A stretch of DNA of 64,000 bases from Octopus bimaculoides (Eukaryota): NCBI RefSeq assembly GCF_001194135.2, contig NC_068982.1, forward strand, positions 6,794,630 to 6,858,629, given 5' to 3'. Each line of letters starts with the position of its first letter. The stretch's first letter is position 1. Below the pieces are notes generated by a model. It was not told the DNA's origin. It searched no databases and saw nothing but the letters and a program-made list of their open reading frames with translations. The translations under genes were made by a program, and so were the position numbers. Below, one piece after another: positions 25,051 through 37,638 of the stretch.

Positions 25051-25678
25051 AACCTATAAACACACTATACGATAATGTATGCGCACAACGACCGGAAGTT
25101 ATGGGATCTAGTACCGAAAGAATGCCAAATAAAGGAATAAAAGAGAGTCCATTAGTGAAATTCTCAATTTAACAGCGTTCTGTCATACTGGTTTCATTAA
25201 TGGTGGTTAAAATTTAGTATAGGGAGAAATACCGAGAGAAAGAAGAGAAAAATATAAATAACATTAGTAAAAGGCTATATTTGTTTGGTAGAAGAAGGTA
25301 TCTTACATCAAAGAAAAATATAATAGTTATATTACAGTTTAAGGGATAAAATGTCATATGTCCTATTAAAATATAGATAAGTGAAAAAAGAAGGAAGAAC
25401 AATAAGATAAGAGCATATATAGTATGTTATTTGTATAAATAAAAAGATAAAGATAAATCGCTTATATCCAAAAGGAAATTTTAATTTTACGTTATAGCAG
25501 GAACATTCTATAATGTGGAAAGTATAGCGACCAAGGGGAGGTAAGTATAGATGGTTATATTGTCAAAGCATTAAATGAAGTAAACATATAGACGTTTTTT
25601 ATAAAGAATATAAATTATATATATATATATATATATTAGTAAATAAATAAATCAAAATAAATAAAGTAGCTAGATGAA

Positions 25679-26410
25679 ATTAGTTTTACAGTTCTATATT
25701 TAAGAGATGAAAAATTATGTACATTATTTATATTTGACGGATATTTGTCCTTATCTTGTTTGTTTATTATTATTATTATTATTATTATTGTTATTATATG
25801 CCCACGAGCATATAGCGTTGTGGTTTAGAGCGCGTGCTACTAACCCCAAGATTCCGAGTTCTATTCTAGGCAGTGATATTAATAGTAATAATAATAATAG
25901 TAATCTGTTGTGTCTGGGAGAGTCATTTTCCTATTATGCCTTAAAATTTAACACACACACCGTTAAAATTTCCACTTATTTCCTATTTTTATTTTCGTTG
26001 CGTCTTGCAACCTTTTCAATAGTCTTGACTCTCTTCAATAGTCTTGAGAGTCAAGACTAGTGAAAAGGTTGCAAGACGCAACGAAAATTTTAGGAAAATA
26101 AAAATAAGAAATAAGTGGAAATTTTAACGGTGTGTTAAATTTTAAGGCACAATAAGAAAATGACTCTCCCCAGACACAACAGAATATGCTTCAACACACG
26201 AAATCATATAAAAATTCTTGCAAAGCAAATCCAAAAACGAAAAATAATAATAATAACAACGAAAAATACCTTAGGAATGAGAACCCAGGTTCGAAATTTC
26301 CCCAAGACACCTAATGAAGGCTGGAGGGTATATCAGCCGAAACGTTGTGTTAACAACAAACAAGATGAGGACAAATATCTGTCAAATGTAAATAATGTAG
26401 ATTAGTTTTA
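25679..26410. mobile_element. Locus B of tRNA-headed hammerhead element (inverted pair, interrupted by a palindrome)
   Basis: Tail arm at left, head-to-body arm at right (core mutated to CTAATGA); direct repeat attagtttta at 25679-25688 and 26401-26410. Confidence 0.8.
25904..26183. mobile_element. Foldback MITE inserted in the (AAT)n tract of locus B
   Basis: ~130-bp inverted arms around a 12-nt loop. Confidence 0.8.
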
Positions 26411-27099
26411 GTTAAAAAAATATACTATGGGAGAGGAAAACAAGGTATAATGTAGATAAAATATGCTTATAAAAAGTATTAGGGTTTAAAATTAAAATAG
26501 CTGCATATATTAGTTTAATGAATAAATAAATAAAATGAATAGATAAATACAATGATTAGATAGCTAGATATTTAGTATTAGATAAAAATATATACAATGA
26601 AGGGAGAGAAAGGTCAATATTAATATTAAGTCAAGAATAGGGGAAGGAAATATACAAGTAAGTCTTGATTACATTAATGATACATAAAGGGGGAATATAA
26701 ATTATCAATAGTGAATCAAAATAATGGTTACTAAGATTAGGGGAGAAAGTAAGGAGTATAAAATTGTAAAAAGATATGAAGAATATAATAAATAGAGGTA
26801 GAAGCAGGGGTTAAGGAATAACATATAGTTATAGTGGTAAAAAAAGAAATTAAGCATTTAGTTATCAATTTATCTATATTTGGAAAATACATATTTTCCT
26901 ATGTGTAGACAAGAATTATTTCTCTCATCCCTAAGGTTAAGGAGAGGGAATTTTGCTGAGAGAATAAAAAATTTTTCATTTCAACAAAGAAAGCATTTTT
27001 TATTATCACCTTTATAGGAGGGCGCTGAAGCTATTATATCCCATTTAATATCATAATTTATGGTACCACGTAAAAGGCAGGAGTGATGACTCCATATGA

Positions 27100-27312
27100 A
27101 AAGCAGTGGTGATTGTATGACATAGAATGCACCCAGTACACTCTGTAGAGTGGTTGGCATTAAGAATGTCATCCAACTACAGGAACAATGCCAAAACAGA
27201 GAGTGGCATCTAGTGCAGATCTTGGCTTTACCAATTCCTATCAAACTATACCAGAATGGAAAATGAACATCAAATAATGATAGTGATGGTGGTGATGATG
27301 ATGATAATGATG
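27100..27312 (+). mobile_element. RTE-tail-like SINE fragment
   Basis: cacccagtacactctgtagagtggttggcattaag...catggaaaatgaacatcaaataatgat. Confidence 0.6.
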
Positions 27313-27344
27313 ATCTGTACATTTATGAGTATGCATACAATATA

Positions 27345-27556
27345 CAGTAATCCCTTGCTATATCGTGCTTCACCTATCGCGGTTTATTATCTAAGCTTAC
27401 GTCGATTCCTCTGTGGTGTTGCTTTGCATTCATAATAAAATAAATATATAAAAATTATAAAATAAAAAAATATACAGTACTGTTTCTACTTTACAGATTT
27501 TCACTTATCACATGGGGTTTCGGAACATAACACCGGCTATAGTCGAGGGATTATTG
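27345..27556. mobile_element. Tigger/pogo-like MITE
   Basis: TA|cagtaatcccttgctatatc ... tatagtcgagggattattg|TA. Confidence 0.7.
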
Positions 27557-27660
27557 TAATTGTCATGTACTGATTTCTGGAAACTGGTTTCATGTTTTCT
27601 TTTGCTGGTTAAAAATTAATCATAGCATATTTTTGATTCTTTTTCATTTATTATTTTATA

Positions 27661-27858
27661 TGTTACAGTCATTTGACTGCAGCCATGCTGGAGCACCGCC
27701 TTTTTGTTGAGCAAATCAACCCCAGGACTTATTCTTTGTAAGCCTGGTACTTATCTTATTAGTCTGTTTTGGCGAACTGCTAAGTGACAGGGACGTAAAC
27801 ACACCAGCATCGGTTGTCAAGCGATGTTGGTGAGGAAAAACACAGACACACAAACATG

Positions 27859-27898
<40 letters not shown>

Positions 27899-28072
27899 CG
27901 ATAGGCTCCTTTCAGTTTCCATCTACCAAATTCACTCACAAGGCTTTGGTCAGCCCGAGGCTATAGCAGAAGACACTTGCCCAAGGTGCCACACAGTGGG
28001 ACTGAACCCGAAACCATGTGGTTGGTAAGCAAGCTACTTACCACACAACCACTCCTGTGCCTGTTACTTGGT
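27661..28072 (-). mobile_element. tRNA-derived SINE family 1
   Basis: Family consensus match. Confidence 0.9.
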
Positions 28073-29169
28073 TTAAAAGAAGAAGTAATTTTCATATTTC
28101 CCAGCTAGGAATATGAAGTAAATGAATCTAAAAATGTAAAAATGAACTAAATATTAAGTAAAACATTTAGTTTAGTGTGAACCATTAAAATTTTAATTAA
28201 ACCCTATTCTCTTGCACATTACAAGATCAAAGAAGGTTTAGCAAATTCCAATGTTTGTGTATTAACATGTAAAACATTTTATTTTAAATATTTCCATGTT
28301 CAGAAGGTAGTTAATGTGACCAATACGATACAATATCACATTGAAAGTTTTAGTGTATCAAATTCAATGTCTTATTTCTCTGCATTTAAATCCTGCAAGA
28401 GATAGTTTCGCCTTATTCTCTCTAGATTTGATTGAATATGTTTAATTCAATAAAATTCTAAAACCGATTCTAGGTCAAATACCAAATCAATATTTTGAGT
28501 ATCAAATATCCAAAACAAAATTATATTGGGATTCATATAAAAAAAAAAAAAGCAAAATATTTTTCCTTTCAACTTCCTGAAGAAATTTGATTTTATTGAA
28601 GAATTAATAATTAAAATAGCATAAGATTAAAAAAGAACAGCAATTTTGAAGCTCTTTAAAAATGGAGAGCTGAAATGGTTTTGAAAGTGGTAAACTGGAT
28701 CTATATTATTAACTTCCTTTTTGTGCAGCATTTCAATAATGCAGTTGGTTATATTAATCTCTTCATTAAGAGATTTACTATTTTATACATGTTAAGGGGC
28801 TAAAATTGAGTTAATATTTTCCCATGGCTGCTTTCTTAATGTTGATATCGTGTTGCAAAGCATTTGACCAGTTGTATTATAAAGGTGACTAAATGTATCT
28901 GACTCAAACTGACACTCAGTCAGTTGTGACCAAGAGTGTTCCAGTTGATTGGATCAATGGAACTGCTCAGGAAGTTAGCACACAAGTGGCTGAGCATTGC
29001 CCAGGCATACATAACTACAACGTAGTTCTCAGGGAGACTCAGCATGACACAGAATGGGACAAGGCTTGCTCTTTGAATTACAGCTACTACTCATTTTTGC
29101 AAACTGAGTGGACAGGAGCAATGTGGTATAAAGTGTCTTGCTCAAGAACACAATGTGCCACCAAGAATT

Positions 29170-29300
29170 GAACTGAAAACTTTATGATTTTTACATTATT
29201 TACATTTTACACCTTGTTTGTTGTTAACACATTTCAGCTGGTGTCTTGGGGAAATTTGAAATCTGGGTTCTCATTCCTAAGGTATTTTTCCATGTTGTTG

Positions 29301-29345
<45 letters not shown>

Positions 29346-29663
29346 CCACTGCCTGGAATCGAACTCGGAATCTTAAGGTTAGTAGCCTGTGCTCTTAACC
29401 ACTAGGCCATATGCCCATGCCCATAGGCATATGGCGTAGTGGTTAATAATAATAATGATGATGATAATAATAATAACATTGAAAAATACCTTAGGGATGA
29501 GATTCCAGGTTCGAAATTTCCCCAAGACACCTGATGAAGGCTGGAGGGTATATCAGCCGAAACGTTGTGTTAACAACAAACAAGATGAGGACAAAATCTG
29601 TCAAATGTAAATAATGTACACAATTCCTCATCTCTTGAATATAGAACTGAAAACCTTATGATT
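29170..29663. mobile_element. Locus C of tRNA-headed hammerhead element (inverted pair)
   Basis: Two near-full arms head to head; tail on right arm only; direct repeat gaactgaaaacYttatgatt at 29170-29189 and 29644-29663. Confidence 0.9.
29526..29571 (+). ncRNA. Minimal type I hammerhead motif, best-preserved copy
   Basis: gacac CTGATGA a ggctg gagggtatat cagcc GAAA c GTT gtgtt; palindromic AACGTT replaces stem III. Confidence 0.65.
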
Positions 29664-30369
29664 ATGAGCCAAACGCCCCTAACCTTCGAGCCACATGCCC
29701 TCACTGAACCTGACTCCACAGAAAGTTTCATAACATGTGAAAATATGCTGATGAGGTGTACTTTTTGTCCTTGATTGTTGAGTATATTTTCTAAAGCTAT
29801 TGTTTACAGAATGTACCCACCTCCAGCATAGGTAGTAACCATCTTTTACACCTTATTAGCAAACTAATGAAGGAGCCTCAAGGAATCGCTCAACTTGCAA
29901 GAAATAGTCACCAAATCTCTTTTAAACATACTTCACCCTTGATAAAAGGAAAGACGTACTGGAGAATGTCTTCAGATGTTTAATAAAAGTATGATGACAC
30001 GGTCATGGTCTGAATGTTCAAATCATCATTTTGTGCAACCATGTGTGACATGGGGCTAATAGGAAAAAAAAAAAGGGGCAAATTTTTTTTAACATAATAA
30101 TTGGAGAAATGCTTAGCACATTTGAGTTAAAATATATTAAGGTTGGAAAGTCACATATCCATACATTCTTACATTCATATCTTTCATTCATTTTTCATGT
30201 TAGCATGGGTTGGCTGACTACTTACTATCAAGGCATTATTTTACAGCTACATGCCCTTCTTGTCACTTAGTATTAGCCATTTTTTTGAGAAAGTGTATTT
30301 TTATTCCATTTGTCTTTGAAAGATTAAAGCGACCACCAATTTTGCTCAAACGTTTTCATGCAAAGACAT

Positions 30370-30585
30370 TCTCTTTTACTCTTTTACTTGTTTCAGTCAT
30401 TTGACTGTGGCCATGCTGGAGCACCACCTTTAGTCAAGCAAATCGACCCCAGGACTTATTCTTTGTAAGCCTAGTACTTATTCTAGCGGTCTCTTTTGCC
30501 GAACCGCTAAGTTACGGGCATGTAAACACACCAGCATCAGTTGTCAAGCGATGTTGGGGGGACAAACACAGACACACAAACATAT

Positions 30586-30630
<45 letters not shown>

Positions 30631-30770
30631 TACGATGGTCTTCTTTCAGTTTCAGTCTACCAAATGGCCCGAGGCTACTGTAGAAGACACTTGCCCAAGG
30701 TGCCACGCAGTGGGACTGAACCCGGAACCATGTGGCTGGTAAGCAAGCTACTTACAACACAGCCACTCCT
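30370..30770 (-). mobile_element. tRNA-derived SINE family 1
   Basis: Family consensus match with an internal deletion. Confidence 0.9.
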
Positions 30771-32589
30771 TCACACACGTACTTGCATGCACACACATAC
30801 AAACAAACAATTAGGCTTTCATATGGGTTCCATTCCTTGATCCCATTCCCAAAGCTCTGGTAGAAGACACTTGCCCAAAGTGCCTGATTGTAAAGCAAAG
30901 CTCAAAAGCCATGTGGTTATAAAGCAAACTCCATATCTATGCAGCCATGCTGATTGTTAAATTATGTATATATGCTTATGAACATCAATTTCTGTCGTAG
31001 CTCAACCCCAGATCACCTTTAATCGAGCAGACCCCTAATGAAAGATAATCTAGCTACGTTCTGGCACAGTGCAGCTAACACAACATTATCCTATGTGTCT
31101 TTGTATTCTAAGACATTTCACTGTTATGTGAGGGGTATTCCACTGCTATTTTTAGCAATCTAAACAACAATGTAGAGGAACCTTTGTTTGGTTGAACGAA
31201 CATTACTCTTTTATCTGTTCCAGCCTGTCATCTGTGGCCATGCTGGAACCCTGCCATTTTTAGTGTATATCTTTGCCATTATGCTATCAGATGTTTTCTA
31301 ACATCCTTAACATTTTATCAGGTTTGCTTATTACCCAATAAATCATTAACTGCTGTTCATATTAAAATGCAATCCTTTGTGTAGTTCTCATATGATCAAT
31401 ACAATGAAATAATTGAACTGAAGGATTTACATCTATGCTCCAGAGCTTTAAACCGTACTGACATTTCAGAGACTTGCATGAATGCTTGATCCAGAAATGT
31501 TATGGCTACAAGTCAATTTTGAACCCAGTCACTCAACATCAAAGCTGTTGTTAGTTACACATGCACACAGACTAATATGCTTTTAGCAGAACATGACTCT
31601 TTGATCTGTTAATATCGTAACAAATCATTCACCTGTCTCATATGTTAAATTCTTTTAGAGAATTTCATTTTAAGAGACAGATCTCCCTACATTTCTGTAA
31701 CTAGGTTGAAAAAGCATCTAAAAATTTGGAAGTAAATGAGATTTCTTATGTCAAATAAAAATAAAACATCCTAATCAGTCAATGTATGATTCCCTGCCTT
31801 GATTTGAACATCAATATTTTCAAGTAATGTTTCTGCTTTACTGACTGTTAATTCTCATATCTATTATAAATTTAGTCTTTCGGAACCAACTTTTTCGACC
31901 ATTTTTAGGAAAATTGTTCCAAAAGTGCAACACCATAGAGATAGAAAAACAGAGAGAGAGAGAGAGAGAGAGGAATGTAATTATATATAAAGTCTGGTTA
32001 TATGAAAATAATCTTTACACCAGTAATCACAAGAAAGATATGTACGGCAAAAAAGGTTATGATGAAATTAAATGAAGTAGTCACTATTGAATTGACACAC
32101 TCTAGGCACACACACACACACACGCACACACACACACACCACCCAGTTATATATGAATGAATAGCAGAATGGAAGATATTTGAGAATGACGATATAATCA
32201 ATAGATGGCCAGAGTTCACAATACTTTTGTATAAGTTGTCTATTTTTGCAGCTGCACTCTATACAAAATGTTAATGACCCCTTTTCTTGAGATTTCTTGA
32301 TTGTCCCTTGGAAAAGAAGGACAATCAGTAAAGTGAATATATTTCTCGACGAACAAGATATTTCTCCTCTGTCAAACACAGCAAAAGATTGCTCCAATTT
32401 AATATTGTGTGTCTGCGTTTGATTATACTCACACATACATGCATGCATGCAGACACACAGACAGACACACTGGCATTTCGTTGGTTACAAAAATGAGGGT
32501 TCCAGTTGATCCAATCAATGGAACAGCCTGCTCAGGAAATTAATGTGCAAGTAGCAGACCATTCCACAGATACTCTTACCTTTAATGTA

Positions 32590-33820
32590 TCAGGTCATCC
32601 CATAAGTTCTGTCCGATTTTACCTTTTTCAAAATTGAATAAAATTTAATAGTATCTTAGAATGTCTAATGGAATTAAAAATTATTTTTATGCATTTGTGT
32701 ACATTTAAACTAATTAAACATTATTTTACAGAATAATAGAATTAAAATTCCTTTGATTAAAACCCTTTCTAAGATGGAAGTATCCAAAGAGCATTTAAGG
32801 TACAATGCTTTATGAGTGCAAAAAAGGAAACTCTGCAGCCGAAGCGACTCGAAACATACACTCATTTTATGGGAAAGAATGCTCGAATGAAAGAACTTGC
32901 AGAAGATGGTTTGCAAAATTCAGAAGTGGAGATTTCAGCCTTGAAGATGAAGATCGAACAGGACGTCCNNNNNNNNNNNNNNNNNNNNNNNNNNNNNNNN
33001 NNNNNNNNNNNNNNNNNNNNNNNNNNNNNNNNNNNNNNNNNNNNNNNNNNNNNNNNNNNNNNNNNNNNNNNNNNNNNNNNNNNNNNNNNNNNNNNNNNNG
33101 TTCATTGTCATCTTCAACAACTTGGAAAGGTTCCTAAACTTGGAAAATGGGTGCCTCGTGAATTGTCCGAAAGCAACCGCAAATTTCGAGTTGACATCTG
33201 CTCTTCTCTCCATTCTCGTGAACTCATTTCACCCTTTTAGGATAGACTTGTGACTGGTGACAGAAAATGGATCTTCTATTGAAATGTTAAATGTTGTAAA
33301 CAGTGGCTTGGTAAAAGGGAAAAGCTCAACCACAACCGAGAAGGGAACTTCATGGGAAAAAGGTTCTTCCCTATATCTGGAGGGATTGCAAAGGAGTAAT
33401 TCACTTTGAATTGTTACCACCTAATGCAACAATCAATGCTCAAGTCTACTGTCAGCAATTAGAGCATTTGATCCAAGCTCTGAAGAAAAAAAGACCTGCT
33501 TTAGTGAATCGAAAAGGAGTGATGTTTCATCAGGACAATGTGCAACCCCACACTGCAAAGATCACATCACAGAAGATCGAAGAGCTTGTTTGGGAAAAAA
33601 TTCTTCATCCACTTTATTCTCCTTCAGAATACCATTTTCTTCATAGTTTACAGAATCAGTTGGTGGACATAACTTTCGCAAGCCAGGAGGAGGTCGAAAC
33701 TGACATTTCAGAGTTCTTCGCTTCGAAACCAAAAGAGTTTTACATTGATGGGATTAAAAAGCTTGTAAATAGATGGAAGGAAGTCATAGATAATCAGGGA
33801 AAGTACATTGATGATTGTAG
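32590..33820 (+). mobile_element. Mariner transposon, decayed (left TIR present, right TIR not seen)
   Basis: MEVSKEHLRY...GKWVPREL...VTGDRKW...FHQDNVQPH...YSPSEYHF; frameshifts, stop codons, loss of DLAP and third D changed to E. Confidence 0.92.
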
Positions 33821-34444
33821 ATATACTATTTTTTGAGGACTGGTAACTAAAACCACAAGATATGATGTTAGTCACCTTCAGTTGCAGTGAATACATTGCC
33901 TATCACCGACTTTACTGCCAAATAAGCGTCATCTTCTGGCATTCATTGGTAAGCTTGCTGAAAATATGTAGCAGAGTGTGCTACTTAGGATGTTATATAA
34001 AAGTTTGGAAGTAAATTAGGGGCAGTTCCTATCTACCTTTATAATAAGTGGAATATTGCAGAATAACTACCAAGTTACAACTTACAACTATTTACTCTCA
34101 AATCCCTTATCATAGATGTATGAAACCAAATGCTGCAGATAAACTTTTTATTCTGGCAGACAATCCTTCTACTACACTTTGTGCTTAAAATATATTTAAA
34201 AAATAAATCTTTCAGTGTTTTTCATTAACTAAGGCACTTGGGTACTCAATTTAGTAAATAGTGGCTGAGTATAGAAATATGTTCTATTAATGAAATTCTA
34301 AAACTGAGGCAGCAAAACACAGTGTGTGAGAAGGCTAGGTCTTTGTCTTACAGATGCAATCCATCCAGAAGACATGCTTACAGTATCAAGCTACTCAATT
34401 CTATTCACAAGATTCAGGGTGGCTTGAGGCTATAGGTAAAAGAA

Positions 34445-34885
34445 AATTTGTTCAATGGAAATGGGCTGTGCGTGAGAAGACCCGGCAAGCCAAGTAAGAT
34501 CGTTGCCAGTGCCCCTGGACTGATTCTTGTGCGGGTGGCACATGAGATGCACCATTTTGAGCGTGGCCGTTGCCAGTACCGCCTGACTGGCTCCTGTAGG
34601 ATTTTCGAGCGAGATCGTTGCCAGTGCCCCTGGACTGGCTTGTGCGGGTGGCACATAAAAGACACCATTTCGAGCGTGGCCGTTTTCGTGCGGGTGACAC
34701 GTAAAAGCACCCACTACACTCTCTGAGTGGTTGGCGTTAGGAAGGGCATCCAGCTGTAGAAACTCTGCCAAATCAGACTGGAGCCTGGTGTTGCCATCCG
34801 GTTTCACCAGTCCTCAGTCAAATCGTCCAACCCATGCTAGCATGGAAAGCGGACGTTAAACGATGATGATGATGATGATGATGAT
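34445..34885 (+). mobile_element. Young RTE-tail-like SINE copy
   Basis: Internal tandem subunits (gtgccacccgcacaag/gagccagtc) and (GAT)n tail; nearly identical to 41118-41503. Confidence 0.85.
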
Positions 34886-37391
34886 ACCACACACTAGGAT
34901 CAAACCCAGGACTTCATGATTGCAAAGCAAACTTTTGGAGCAATCAGGCACACTGTTTCCACATTGTAAAGATGTCACTATTTATAAACCTGCACATTTA
35001 GATAACAAGGAAAATATTCATAAGAAAAAAGACTAAAATAATCTGGCTCAACCTGTTTGATGGTTGAAGAATTACTGAAGAATTTTGAAGAGAATATACT
35101 GCAGGCTTCTGGAAAGATAAGAACTCTCTTTTAAAGGTGGGCACAATTGTTATTAGCTATACTAAAATTTCACTGCTTAGAGAAATGAATTTTCCAGTGG
35201 TCCAATTTATAATTATGATTCCACTACGAAGGTCACAATTTACTCACATGCAGCATCTTTCAATGCTTGTCACTAATCTAATTCAGTTCTTAAACAAATT
35301 AAAAACTGTTAACATTTTCGAAGAGGACTGGTCCCTAACAACATTTTGGCATAAAAAATACATTGAGATTTGATACAGCAGAAAAATGCTTATATCAAAA
35401 TTTGTAGCGACGTTATAGGAGAGTAAGTAACACCACCAATCAAGTTTAGATCTAAATAACTTTTTTTATTTCAAAAACAAAATATATTTATTTTAGCTTC
35501 AATGATAGAAGAAAGCATGAAGGATTTCACAGTTTTGGTTTCATGCAACAAGAAGTTGTCTTAAAACAGTTGTGAGGTAAAATATCATGAAAAAAATATA
35601 ATATGTATATGAATAAATGGCAACAGTCACGACAGGTGAAATTCCAGAAAAATATAGGATTGATTAACTCTTGACCATATTTATTTATGAGCCTTTTATT
35701 ATGGTAACTTATTTTCTATCTATAATCAATGATGAATATTTGTAAAGTAATCTTGTATTTTTTTTTGTGGAGCCTATGTTGTCTGCTGGGCAGACCATAC
35801 AATTAAATTAAAGAATTTTATTTAAACTGAAAGCTCAGTAAATATCGGAAAATTAGAAGTCATCATTTTTAAGAATTTAAACTCATAGAACTATACAAGG
35901 AAGCTACTAGAAATAGGAGATAACTTTCCATCAAATCACACTCAACTGTCTTAGGAAAAAAAAAAGGTACACATTGGATAATGGGGTCCTAAATACAGTG
36001 TATCTGAAAAATAAGAAAGATTGGATGGTCACCACTAGAATACCATTTAATCATAAGTTTGCTGACCTGGGGCTAAATAACCACGTAGCCATCAAGTCTT
36101 TTGGCTAGCAATATAATTTTCAATTTGATTTACTGCTATTATTTCAATGATTGCATGATAAGCTATTTCATTTATTACATGGTTTCGAGATCAACAACCA
36201 AATAATACACTGCTAACCTTTTTACTTCATTAAGTAATTTAAAAAAAAAAAAAAAAATGATTTCTAGTATTGCTTTATTTAAGATCAATATTTAAGATTA
36301 TTATTTGAAATCAACATTCGAGGTCATTCAGTGATAAAAGCCATCAGGTATATGTCAGATTATTCTTCATCCATTTTTACACCATTAATTTTACCACTTT
36401 CCTACGACCGGATCAATAATTTTGTTTTTATGCTCTTTTGCCTATTTGTTATTTATTGGAAGTGTTTTGGTCGGTTTGTTCTGTAGTTCCCCACTCTTGC
36501 CAGATTTTATATAGTTATTAGAGCATGTAGTTTTCCTGATGTTCAAAAAACGAAAGAAAAAAACAACACTCATACTAAAGGAAATTTTATGAATTCATAA
36601 AAACTACTGATCTGATACCATTCCGAAACCTAAACAATTGTTTCATCTTCCAATCTTTTTCTCCACCCACACCCCGATCTTTCCCATTTTCTCTCACTCT
36701 CTTTCTCTCCCTCCCTCTCCCCCCCCCCCCCATCTTTCTTTGCTTCAGCACTTTCTATTTCTTGTAAGATTGTAGTAATTGCTTCATTCTAATGGGGTCA
36801 TGATAAATAATATATGATTATTCTGGTGATAATCTGTCTTGAATTTATATATGTATTTGTTTCATAGTTCTCTCTCTCTAATTCCCACTTAAGTGAGTCA
36901 AAAGTAATAATAATAATAACAATAATAACAATAATAATAATAATAGTAACAAAAAAACATAGAAAGGAAAATATGCATTTTGAATATTAACATAATTTAC
37001 ATTGACATATGGAAAGAGATGTTGCCTTGTTTTCTGGGGATTTTGAATTCGTTTATGTATTGATCTCACTTTGGAATAGAAACAGCAATCCAGCTTCGGA
37101 ATAAAAAGCAAAATATTGTAATTTCTGTATGCAAGAATAATATTTGTTGCCTTGCTGAGACTAAAAAGGTTTTAATGACACAGAAACATATTTTGGGAAT
37201 ATAACCAAAATTTAAATATATATTGGGTAGCTTAAATTTATGCAGGACATGTGTTCTGGCTAAGTCTGCGATATAAGTGGTATTCAAATGTTATACACCA
37301 GGCTTTTCATTCAGGTTGAGTTAACCGTGCCTGTAAACTGAATTTTGCCCAGTTTGTCAGTCTCCCAAACCCAAAACATAATACACGTTAA

Positions 37392-37638
37392 CCCCTTCAT
37401 GTCGATCATCTGTTTAAACTGACACTTAATTTTACAAGGGTATAAAACAAATACTTGATACAAATTGTGATTTGTGTATGATCTGTATCAAAGAATGAAA
37501 CATATTCTTAACGCATATGCAGTCTGCATTAAACAGATTTCAATGAAATTTTTTCCAGTTGTTATTTAGGTCAAAACAGTAGTATCTGTGAATTTTCAGG
37601 CAATTTCATTCACTAGAAAAAATTTCGGCATGAATGGG
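37392..37638. mobile_element. piggyBac-like MITE
   Basis: TTAA|ccccttcatgtcga ... tcggcatgaatggg|TTAA. Confidence 0.7.

Larger units (their letters stand above)
24131..25121 (+). mobile_element. DNA transposon derivative with perfect 42-bp TIRs carrying a THAP ORF
   Basis: TIR tctttcggtactagatcccataacttccggtcgttgtgcgca at 24131-24172 and exact reverse complement at 25080-25121; contains a 10-N gap. Confidence 0.85.
28935..29712 (-). mobile_element. Additional tRNA-headed SINE split by locus C
   Basis: Body at ~28935-29180 (related fragment at ~32465-32590); head remnant at ~29655-29712. Confidence 0.6.

Noticed and set aside
25130-26960. Mitochondrial insertion (strong strand skew, hydrophobic antisense ORF 25214-25402)
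   Set aside because: No recognisable mitochondrial protein or RNA; better explained as an A-rich decayed LINE remnant
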